Part shown: positions 42,841 to 54,312 of the stretch, piece after piece
Position numbering within the stretch: the stretch's first letter is position 1
Layout: each line of letters starts with the position of its first letter
NCBI GenBank assembly: GCA_001643675.2
Contig: LSRY02000013.1
Coordinates: forward strand, 124,001-188,000
Origin: Monocercomonoides exilis PA203
Taxonomy: Eukaryota > Protista > Preaxostyla
Length of the DNA: 64,000 bases
Reading direction: 5' to 3'
Position numbers and translations under genes: made by a program
The notes under the pieces: generated by a model
Seen by the model: only the letters and a program-made list of their open reading frames with translations
Told to the model about the DNA's origin: nothing
Database searches by the model: none

Positions 42841-44475
42841 ATGAAGATGAAGAAAAAGATGCGGTCCCAGTACATCAGCCGCAGAACGGCGATGGAGAAG
42901 CTTCATGTGTCGCTTCCGCAGTTCCGTCGGCTGTGCATCTTGAATAACGTTTATCCACGTGTTCCAGGGAAATCAGTGCGAGATAAAAGCAAGATATATT
43001 ATCACTTGCGCGATATTAAATATCTGAAGCGCAACTATGTGTTGGATAGGATGAGAGAGAAAAGAGTGTTCAACAAGCGAATCATGGCAGCTTATCGAGA
43101 TGGCGATCCTGACAAAGCGAAATCTCTCGAGTCTTTGAAGCCAAAAATACCATTCGAGAGATTAATTAAAGACAGGTTAGTATCGTTTATTTTGCATATC
43201 TTTTTATTGTTCCTGCTTTTATATTTTGCTCGATTTGAATGAAATTTGCATTTTTCTGAAAGATATCCTGCTTTTGAAGATGCATTGAAAGACATGAGTG
43301 ATGCGCTGAATACTATTTATTTGGTGGCACAAATGAAGCAAGGAGGACCGTTCAAAGCTTCGGATATTACTCTGTCAAAACGATTGAGGAAAGAATGGAT
43401 GAGTTATGTTGTTTCGACTCACACACTCACGAAGGCATTCATTTCAATCAAAGGGATGTACTACCAAGCAACGGTGTATGGGCGTATTATCATATGGCTC
43501 GAGCCACATCACTTTGCAATTCCACAAGATCCTCGTGTTGATCTTCACATTATGAAATCGTTTTTTGAGGTGCATTCAGCGCTTGTGGAGCACATCCTCC
43601 TGAAGCTGTATGCGCTGGTGGGTGTTGACTATCCAGTCAAGTTCAAGTTCAACGAGGACGAGACGGTTGGTGCAGAGCTTCCGGAGATTGTGGAAATGCC
43701 GTTGCTGAAAAAGCTAATTGAAGGGAATGAAATGAGGGAGAAGCAGAAACAAGAGAAGAAAAGGCAAAAGAGGAGGGAGCGGAGAAAAAGGCTGGCAGAA
43801 GCGAAGGCGAAGGCAGAAGAGAAAGAGAGCGATGATGATGCAGAAGATGAGGAGGAAGATGAGGATGAGGAGGAAGACTCAGTTGAAGAGCCAAACAGCA
43901 TCGAAATGGATTCCAGCGAAGAAAAAGAGATGAACGAGAATGAAAGCAATGAGGAAGGAGAGGAAGAGGGAGAGGAAGGAGACAAAAGCAGCAAAGGAAT
44001 AAACGGCTTGGCTGAAGAAAAAGAAGGAAAGAAAATAAAACGGGAGCTGATTGATTTTGACACAAAAGACGGAGTGAAAGAAGAAGAAAGCAATTTGTTG
44101 GCTTCATCATCAACATCAACATCATCAACCTCATCTAATTCATCTTCTGATGACACTGCCGGTCTCTCAAAGCGGCAGGCGCTGCGGCAGATGAAGCGGC
44201 GGGGGAAGATGCCGAAGACGATTGAGCCGACGATTCCACCGTATTCGTCGTTTGATGCTCCGCTGTCTGGGCTGTTTGGCCGCTGCGTCTTCTTTCTGTC
44301 GCGGGAGACGCCGCTGCATGCGCTGACGTTTGTTGTGCTGAGCTGTGGAGGGAAGTGTGTGTGGGAAGGGAAGAAGAGGAGCCTGAAGGGGGCAGACGCC
44401 GACGACGCCAGCATCACTCACCACATCACAGACAGGCCAATGAGTGTCACCAGCAATGCCTCTCTTTCATCATCA

Positions 44476-44510
<35 letters not shown>

Positions 44511-45640
44511 TTCTTCTTCACAGTCATCGAATCCTCTTTCTCCGATGGCACTGGCACGCAAATACCCGAACAGAATCTTTGTGCAGCCGCAGTATGTTGT
44601 AGACTGTCTCAACAGCAGAGTGCTCCTTCCGCCAAAGTTGTATCTTCCTCCGCAGATGCACATCGTCGGAAAAGGTTTGTTTTTCATTCATTTTCATTCA
44701 TGTCCATATGAATATGTTATGTTTTATTTATTCTTATTCTGTTTCTTCTGTTTCTTCTGTTTCTTCTGTTTCTTCTGTTTCTTCTGTTTCTTCTGTTTCT
44801 TCTGTTTCTTCTGTTTCTTCTGTTTCTTCTGTTTCATCTTCACCAGACGAAGAAGGAAAGCCGATCATCAACACAGTCTCTCATCTGCCGCCGCACGTGT
44901 CGCCGTTCATCGAAGAGTTGAAAGAGCGATATGTGCCGCAGCAGGTGAAGTGGCTGAAGAAGATGAAGAAGATTGCAGACGGAATCATTCCAGACGACGA
45001 AGATGCCGACGCCGAAAGCGAAGAGGGCAGAGGAGACGATGAAGACGATGAAGACAGAGAAGACAGAGAAGACAGAGAAGACAGAGAAGACAGAGAAGAC
45101 AGAGAAGACAGAGAAGAAAGGGCAGAGAAGAGGAAGAGGGAGGAAATGAATGTGATGGATGTGGAGGAGAAGGTGAATATGAATGAAAAAGGAGAGGGAG
45201 AAGAGGAAGAAGAAGAAGATGATGATGATGATGAGTCATCAGCGTCTGAGACGTCTGACATGTCATCGGCGGAAGGGCAGCTGTCGTCGGATGAGAGCGA
45301 TGACTTGACAGACTACGAGAAGAGCGAAGGGGAAGGAAAAGAGGAAGAAGAAGAAGAAGGAGCGTCGGCGCTGTACCTGAAGAGGACGAAAGAGGAGGAG
45401 CTGCACCACCAGCGGATGGCGATGGACAAGAAGACGCGGTTTCTGTGGAACAAGATAGAGCACGGGAAGAGGAAGAAGGAGAGGAGCAAGGCGAGGTTCG
45501 AGAAGAAAGCAGAGATGGTGAAAGAGAAGAAGATGAAAGAAGAGAAAGAGAAAAAGAACATGATGAAGAAGATTAACAGCAAAGAACGAAAGAAGATGGA
45601 GGACGAGCTTTTTGGAGGCAAAAGAAAAGAGAAGAGATAG
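42841..45640 (+). CDS. PES1: Pescadillo/Nop7 (3 exons, BRCT domain)
   Basis: YISRRTAMEKLHVSLPQFRRLCIL, RYPAFEDALKD, FISIKGMYYQA, FFLSRETP, ITHHITDRP, QPQYVVDCLN, LPPHVSPF; intron 2 at 44675-44846. Confidence 0.95.
44737..44835 (+). repeat. (TTCTGTTTC)x11 intronic tandem repeat
   Basis: Perfect 9-mer array ending ~10 nt before the 3' splice site of PES1 intron 2. Confidence 0.92.
45050..45112 (+). repeat. (GAAGACAGA)x7 exonic tandem repeat encoding (EDR)n
   Basis: Perfect 9-mer array in PES1 exon 3. Confidence 0.92.
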
Positions 45641-45916
45641 AATAAACACTTCGCTTTACATTCATTCATTTCACGAAATAATAATATAAGAATAAATGGT
45701 GAATACTTATTTTAAGATATTCAAGAGTTGAAATTGAATAGTTTTTTCAAAAACACACGCATTATGACACAATAATTTAATAAAATAAAAATTTTGAATG
45801 CTTTTTATTTCATTTACAATTTTTTTTAACGAAAAAAATTAGTTTGTCGAGCAGTTAGATATATGTTTCACAAAATTTTGCTTAATTATATAAAAGATGG
45901 GAGGAAAGATCAATTC

Positions 45917-46890
45917 ATGTTTGCTGAATCTGAGTTTTGTCCTGAAGACGCTCCAAAAGAACTAAAACGTAAAGAATTTGAGCCATACATGGATAATCAA
46001 GGGTAAGCGTTTTGTTTAGACATTTCATTTATTATTTATCACTTTGATTGATTCCTCCGAACTTGGTTGATGGTTAAACTGTGTTTTTTTAAGTACATGC
46101 CTTGGTTTCTCTGGGAAAGACTACACAGTTATAGCCGCCGATACAAGATGCTCCGATGGGTACCTTATCATGTCTCGACATTGTCAAAAGATAGTAAAAT
46201 TGTTTGATTGCTTTCTTTCCTTTTATTTATAATAATTGCTCGAAATGTTAAATTTACAACATGTATCATGATACATTTTATTATGTGCATTTAAACATTG
46301 TGACAAAATTTTTTTATTCGTTTTTGTTTGATAATTTTCTTTTCAAAAATTTTCAAAGAACGGATAAAATCGTGCTTGCAACAGCTGGCATGCGAGCGGA
46401 ATATGCAACACTACATAAAAGCATGCTTTATGACATTGAGATGTATAAGTATAAGAATCATAAAGACATTTCACTTCCTGAATGCGCTCAATTGCTTCAG
46501 AATACATTGTACAGTCATCGATTTTTCCCAATTTATGCATTTTGCATCCTGGGAGGACTTGATGAAGCTGGAAAGCCTGCATTGTATGCTTATGATGCAA
46601 TCGGATCTTATCAAAAAACAAAAGTTTCTGCAGTTGGATCAGGAGGTCAATTGGTTGAACCTGTTCTTGATTCTCTTATTTTGCGTCATCATAGACAAAA
46701 GGTTCCAAGTGAAGGGGATCCAACTGGTGATAAGGATTGGAATCCATCAGAGGAAAAAGCCATTGAATATGCACATCAAGCATTGATTTCTGCAGCTGAA
46801 CGCGATATACATACTGGTGATTTCGCAGAAATTTATGTGATTAATAAGACAGGTGTTAAACGTATTATTAAGGAGTTGAAGTTTGATTAA
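45917..46890 (+). CDS. PSMB1: Proteasome subunit beta6 (PSMB1/Pre7), 3 exons
   Basis: FEPYMDNQG|TCLGFSGKDYTVIAADTR, LYSHRFFPIY, YDAIGSY, SAAERDIHTGD, C-terminal LKFD*. Confidence 0.93.
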
Positions 46891-47159
46891 TTGATAAAAG
46901 AATGAACTATTTCAATTTTATTTTCATTTCAACAGCTTATTTTATAAGTCAACTTATCTAAAATTAATTTTTACGTTTTTATTTACATTAATAACGATCC
47001 CAACGAGAATAATTATGAATTAACATGATTTAAAAATGATCATTATCTTTTTTTGAAAGGTACCGTTATTTAAATTTTATCATTTTTTGTTAAATTTTTA
47101 TTTTGATTCTTTGCTTTTGTACCGAAAATTTCAACACAAAAATTAGCAAAGAACACTTT

Positions 47160-50100
47160 ATGTTAAAATATAAAGAGATCAAAGATTATGTATACAGCTG
47201 TGGGACTGAATTAAAGACAGTTTTATTGATAATCTTATATTTTGAAGATACATAAACATTTTTTTTCACTTTGTTTTCAGGACCTTCATCTTACTTTGCA
47301 GTTTCTATTTGCTGGAAGTTCCAAATACCGATTTCAAAGGGAATATGACATCATACGCGATTTTTCACATGAAGCGAATAAATCAAAGACACAGTCATTT
47401 ATTTATCATGAAATAAAGGCTATAAGTTATTGCTGCTGCGCGATTCAAAAGAGGCAAGAATATGTTTCGGGGGAAAGGAGTATAAAATTTTGCTTTGAGT
47501 TCGATGAAGACAAAGAAGAAGATTTCTTCTTTTCAGAAGAAGAAATGAAAAAATTTCGAGAAATCGATGAAACAATCAAAAGCAATTTTGTGTTTGCTTT
47601 GAGCGAATGGGAATTTGCACTGAAATCTGCTTCTGATTCAAAGGGACTTTTGTGTTTTCCAAGAATAACATTCTTTTTAATGAATCGCTTCCTCATACCT
47701 TTCTTCCGAATGCAAGGAGATTTGAAGCATGAGCTTTACTGTCATTTATTTATGATGAAACATTGCTTTATCATGGCTCGTGCTTCTACTGCAGAATTCA
47801 CCTCGAAGCTTGACAATGCAAAAACATTTTCTTCTGAAGAGGAATCAATTCTTAATTTCCTGCAAAAGACAGAAGAAGGGCGAAAGCAAAGAAAAGGTTC
47901 GCTGCACGTTGATATCTATTTTATAAAGCCTTCAATATTTTTTTTGAATTTCAATTTCTTTTTGTTTAACATTTTAGCTGAGATGCCTCTTCTTGGATGG
48001 TTCTCTTCGCTGCTTCGCTTGCTTTTAGCTTATTCACAATATTCGCGTGAAGGCGAAGCAGAAGCCATTCTCTCTGTTGTTGAGCCGTGCCTTCCCTTTT
48101 TGTTCCATCCTCCTTCTGTCGGCTTGCTTCTGGAAAAGCAGAGAGAGAAAGAGCCATTCACAAACACCCTTCTCAATCAATCACATTCAAATTGCCAGAA
48201 GCAGCAGCAGCAGCAGCAGCCTCACTCAACAACACGACAACTCCTCAATCTTATTGAAGACGCCAAAGGGAAGGAGTTGATTCAGCATCTCCTCAACACA
48301 GAAAACTCCTCTCACTCACTGTTCTGGATGACTCCACCCAGCCAAAAATCATCCCTTGGCAAACACCAGTCAACTCCTTCTTCAAAGGCACTGGCTGATC
48401 ACTCTGCAAACCAGCTGCCTCCGATCCATCCATTCGTTTCCACATCGCTGCAGCACACTCTTCCCTGTCTGTCTGGCAGCGATGTTCCTTCTCTTTTCGT
48501 CGGCCTTTTGCAGCGCGCACCGCGCGAGTGGGTTCTTTCCATCTGTGTCGTGTGGGGGCTCACCCTCCTCGTCAGGGCACACCTGTGCTTTTCTCGCTGT
48601 CTGTGGGCAAATGCGCTTCTGAATGCAGAAGCAGCTGCTGTTTGCTTTGTGTTCAGCTGCCGGTTCTGCTCGCCCAAGCCGACAACTCAAAATCAGTCAC
48701 AGGGAGTGCCCAGCGAAAGAGGCAGCAGACGCGCCGAGGAAGAGAACACACCTGTTTCTTCTGCAGAAGCACAGAGAAATGCAGCCTTTGCGTGGGCATA
48801 TGCGCTTTTGCCAGACGACATCTATCTGATGGCCTGCGATGCATTTGCTGTGATGTCTTCTGTTTTACTGCGCAACAACATGTTTCTGCTATCCAAACGA
48901 ATCGAACGCCAAGTTTCGTCCATTCTGAAGTCCTGCACAGCTTCTGACACATCCTCATTTTCTGTTCCCCTCCTTCTTCCTTCCTCTCTTTCTTCTTCTG
49001 TCTGCACTCAGCTGCGGGGGATGGCCTTCCCTTCTGCCTCGTGGAGCCTCTTGTCTCATTTCTTGTCACACAAACACCGCACTGTGCAGCGCCTTGTGCT
49101 GGAAGGAGACTCAGAAGACGCCACTTACTACGATCTGAAGGTCGCTGAGACGGCAGCGCTGGTTGCAGCTGCCCCGCTTCTGTGTGTTGAAGATGTCGTC
49201 TCCTGGCGAGTGCTCAACAGCGCCCACAGACACAAAGAAAGCCATGTACTCTGCTTAGCTCGGTGGATGGGGGTGATCAACAGCACAATGAACAGACCTT
49301 CGTTTCCGTTGCTTGCTGCAGATGGAAGTTGGATAATGAACTCTCAGAAAGCAGACGTAACTTCAAATGCTATCTCCACTTCAGCTAACAATTCATCCTC
49401 CTCCTCATCATCCTCTTCTTCTTCTTCTCTTAGCACTTCCACTTCATCCACTTCAACAGCCATAGCTGATCCCACTCCATTTGTAGAACAGTTCACAAAA
49501 AGCTTTCTTGATCTGTCTTGTTTCCACCCATCGTTTGTGGAAGCCTGTTTTCAAGTGCTCAAATTGCAGTGCTTTATGCTCATCTCCCCGAAGCTGAAAG
49601 AGCCAATTCTGAGTACAATTTTAGAAGAGGGAAAACAAGCTCTGCCTGTCAATCGCTCTAAAAGGGTACCAACGATGGAAGAACTGGCATTTATGAATTG
49701 CATGACATCATCATCTTCTTCCTCTTCTTCCTCCTCTTCTTCTTCTCAAACAGACACCATTTCACCAAATAGCACTTCATCATCATCATCCACTTCATCC
49801 TCCCTCAACAAATACGCATCCAAAAAGTCTCCATACGTTGCCATGGACAAAAGCAAGACGCAGCTGTCTAATGTGCTTTTCAAAGTTTTGAGCTGTTGTG
49901 TGATGAACATCTCGTCCGTCTTCAGCCGCGTTGCCAACTCGTCCATCGGCTTTCGTCAGAATGTGCTGATTTCACTCAGCAGACTGAAGGGCAGCGATTA
50001 CATTGACATTCCACTGCTTCTCTTTCCAGACTCTTCAAAGAATAAAACCAATGAAACTTCTTCTTCTTCTTCTTCTTCTTCTCCGAAAAGCGCTTTCATT

Positions 50101-51843
50101 ATTTCTCTTCCATTTCAGTTTTCTACTTTGGTCACATCGAATTACTATTACCCTCTCACTTCATCTCCAACTGCATCAACACCCACATCATCATCATCCT
50201 CATCCTCATCCTCATCATCTTCTTCTTCATCTTCTTCAACTTCTTCCTCTTCTCCTTCTTCCTCATTTCATTCTCGCTTCTTTTCCTCCATTTCATCAAA
50301 CATTCAGCCAATCACAACATTTTCCTGGTTCTCTTCCTCAATCACTTGCGAGTTCGTTCACTTCTTCCTGTCAACTTACATTCGAAATGCAGAAAAGCAG
50401 CTGGACTTATTGAAAGAGCAGACATCACCCAAAAGCCCCTGGCAGCGCGAATCACCCGAAAAAGACCTGTTTGCCTCGCCGCTGCGGTTTGTGTGTGACA
50501 CCGTCCTGTTGAGCCTGTCTGTCCACCTGGAAAACAAGAAAAGCAACGAAAAAATACGATTTTTTGTGCCTCAGCCGCCGAGAGTGTTGTGCCATGCGTT
50601 GTATCTTGTGGCTTCATCGTTGGTTGCTAAGCAGATGCTGCATGAAAGATGGATGCAAAAATTGAACCAAGCAAAAACTGAAACAGATATGACGCCAATA
50701 AATGTCAATCCATATGAAGAACTGTGGAATATTAACAAGACAGAGGCAAAAAGCACACAAATCAAAGAAGATTGTGACAGCCTCAATAAATCTGACTCAT
50801 TTCCTTCCGAAACAGCACTCATCCGAAGGCTGCTGATGGCAAGCCACATGAACTGGTCCGTTGTCCAGGCAGATGACATCTTGTGCCACGATGTTCCAAT
50901 CCTCTGTGCGCTGCTGTGTGGAAAGGAAGATCCCAAATCGTGTGCCTTCTTCCTCTTCACAGCACTCTCGGGTCATTCACAACGAAGACTCTTTGCAGAC
51001 GCGTGGTTTGAGCTGGGAATGAGAGCAGAAAGGGCAAATGCGTCTTGCAAAGAAGAAGAGAAAGAAGAAGGAAGCAGCAGCAGCAGAAGTCGGCGTGCGC
51101 ATTGTATGTTCAGCGATGCAGATGCAAAAGACTTGTGGAAGATTGCTCGACTGACTCTGCCATTGCCAGTTGAACAGCTTCAAATTCCGAATGAGCAGCA
51201 GAAGGAAAGCGAAGTTGCATTGAATCATCCTCTTTTCGACACACTTCTATCAAACTTTTGGACAAAACTTGAAATGTATTGTTCTTCTTCATCGCTTGCT
51301 GCGTTGGGTCATGTTCCCTTCTTCCACTTCTTTTTGGTGTGTGTCATTCCACCCAGAAATTGCACAAGGAAAAACATAAAATTGAAGCTGATCCCGAAAA
51401 ACGTGCTTGTTGAGGCGCGATTCTCGTCTCCTGAAGATGAAGAGCTGAAAAAGGAATACCAGCTGATTAGAGAAAGGGTGATGGCCTTCCAAAGAGAAGC
51501 AAACATGCACATAATTCCCAGAAGCAATTCCACTCCTCCTTTTTCATCATTAACTTCTTCTTCATCTTCCTCTTCATCTTCCTCATCTTCCTCATCTTCC
51601 TCATCTTCTTCCTCTCTTCGAAGTGTTCCAAGATCCTCTTCGCCAACAACACAGCCAACAAAAAGGCGAGTTCAAATAGATTTAACTTCACAGCAAACGT
51701 TGCCTCCTTCAATTTCCTCAAATTCAACTCGTTCTCTCAGAAATCGCTCTCGTTCTGTTCCTCTTTCGCGTATTTTGGATGACGATGATGAAAACAAAGA
51801 CAAAGCCTTCCTCTCTTCAAGCAGTTCATCATCATCATCTTCT

Positions 51844-51878
<35 letters not shown>

Positions 51879-54018
51879 TTCACAAGCATTCCAGAAGTCA
51901 CCACAGGAAATGGAGACATTTGATAATGATCCACATAATGTTGTTGCTTATGGCAGAGCTAATACTCCATTGGCTATTCCAGCTGCTTGTAGCGCCTCTT
52001 CCGTTCTTGAAAACGAATTCTGTTTGGAGAAAAAGCGAAAAACAGGCAGAGAGGTCAAATTTGTTCAGAATGAGTCAACTTCCAACAAAAATGATTTAAA
52101 CGAATTTACAACCTCGTCATTTGGTTCAGAAAAAAAGCCCAACTTTTCTTCAATGAATGCAAAGAGATCTTCAGATTGCAATGAAGACAATTGCGAAGGC
52201 TGCTCTCAAAGCCAAAGCAGCAGCAGCAGATACAAGCGCCTGAAGCCAATCACCATCTGCAAGACAGTCACAGTCATAGCGAGTGACGACGACATGATTG
52301 AGTTCAACGACATCGATGTTGCACTTCCAGAGCCAAAGAAGAGACGGAGGTATATGCGTGATATAGAGCCATCGTTGAGTGCAGCAGAAGAACGAGACAA
52401 ATCAAGCTGCAATGAATTAGAAATCGACGAAACGAAAATCCCTTTTCCGCTTCAACATTCAAAATCTCTTCCTCTCAAAAAGGAGTTCGTTTCGATGGAT
52501 TCATTGGATGCATATGGAAGTACACACAACAAATCTTCTTCTTCTGCTGCTGCTTCTGCTTCTTCTCTAAATCAACAGCAGCAGCACCAATCGCAGCTGG
52601 AATTGCAATCGAAAATGAACATATTGAAAATCAATCCAAATCAGACAACAACAACACCAAAAGAAGACAGTCGATTTGGTTGGAGCTCAAAGAATGCCAT
52701 TCTTCCTGTGGATGTGCCGTCGAGTGGGTGGATCGGCGTGTGCCAGTCAGAAATGCAGCGCATCCTGTCTGAAAGCCACGTGACACTGTCAAAAACAGAG
52801 CAGATGACCAATCGCGAGTGGTGGCTGCATCGTGAGGAGTTGGATAGAGATGTGGAGCTGCTGGCTGTTCTTCTATCAAGATGCCTCATACGTGGGGGAG
52901 TGGGAACAGGGTTGTTTGAAAGAGGAGAAACAAGCAGAGAAGAGAATAAAATGATTTATGATGAAAGTGAGGAACGAGAAAATAGAAAGGGCAAAACAGA
53001 TAAATGCAATAAAAAAAGCAAAATATATGAAGAAGAAGAAGAAGAAGACAAAGAAGAAGAGCTGAATTACACAAAAATTGACAATAATTCAGATCCTTTA
53101 GTGTTTCTATTCCTCTCACCAGATATGGAGAAGCTGCCGTGGGAGAGCACAAAGCAATTCTGCGACTGTTCTGTGATGCGAATGACAAGCATTGGCTTTT
53201 TATTCCTTCGAGAAGAAGAGAGAAAAGCATCAAGCTTATTGAAAGGCACAGAAACGGAAAGTGAGATAAATAAAGATAAATGCAGCGAAATTGATATTTG
53301 TGATTGCAAAAAAAGAACAATCGCTCAAACACCTATTTGCATTCTTGATGATGAAAGCTCCAATGAAATGATTAGCAAACATTTATCATCATCTTCTCTG
53401 TCTTCACCTTCGATCGAACATTCTTTGTTTTCTTCTCTTTCATCAGCTCCTCTTCGAGATGGTGTGGATGCTTCTTCAGTCTTCTTCTTGATCAATCCAG
53501 ATTGCACTTTGAGTCGTTTTGAGACCGAAATGTCTGAAATCATCCACAAACACACACAGTGGGAGAGTCTTGTTGGGCAGCCTCCTTCGAAAGACCTGGT
53601 GAAGCAAGAGCTGCTGGGGAAAGAGGTCTTTGTGTACTGTGGCCACGGAGCAGGAGAAGGTTACTATCCGTTCTCGCGCATTGTCAAACATTGCCGCACG
53701 CCGGCTGTGCTGCTGATGGGATGCAGCAGCGGGAAGCGGGACATTGACGGAGAGTGCTTTCCGAAGGGGGTGGTTGATGCATACCTTCACTCAGGCTGCC
53801 CAGCGGTTGTGTCTAACCTGTGGGACGTGACTGTGGCAGACGAGGCGAAGTTGGCATCGACCATTCTCAATCAATGGCTGCTGGGTGAGTCTGATGACAC
53901 TCACTCTGCAAATCTGCCTCTCCCTTTCGCAAAGGCAAGAGAGTCGCTGACGTTTCCTTATTTGAATGGAGCTGCTCTTGTGACGTATGGCGTGCCAATA
54001 CATTCAAAAAGGAAATGA
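47160..54018 (+). CDS. ESP1: Separase (peptidase C50); 5' end uncertain
   Basis: EWWLHREELD, LPWES, FLINPDCTL, YCGHGAG (catalytic His), LLMGCSSG (catalytic Cys), NLWDVT, YLNGAALVTYGVP; probable introns 47220-47280 and 47897-47977. Confidence 0.92.
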
Positions 54019-54312
54019 CAAACAAGATTTGAAATGAATTGTTAAATATTTTCTGTGTTATCATTCAGCTTTTTTATATTTTTATTTTTATTTTTATTTT
54101 TTTTCAATTATTTTTAAATCCAATTCGATTAACTTACAAATCACAAATAAAGTGAGAACTTTATTTTCTAATTTACTTCTGCCTGTTCTTTTTTCCCCTT
54201 TTATAAACACAAACTATCAACAAAAATAAACACTATCAACACAAAATTTGAATAAAAAATAACAAAAAAAGAAACACAAGTCTTAGACATTAAAGAAGTC
54301 AATTATGGCTTC

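Noticed and set aside
44737-44835. CRISPR-like array
   Set aside because: Simple tandem 9-mer with no spacers, in a eukaryotic intron.
45897-45965. Out-of-frame upstream ATG before PSMB1 as a regulatory uORF
   Set aside because: TSS unknown and could be a G-homopolymer error; not supportable from sequence alone.
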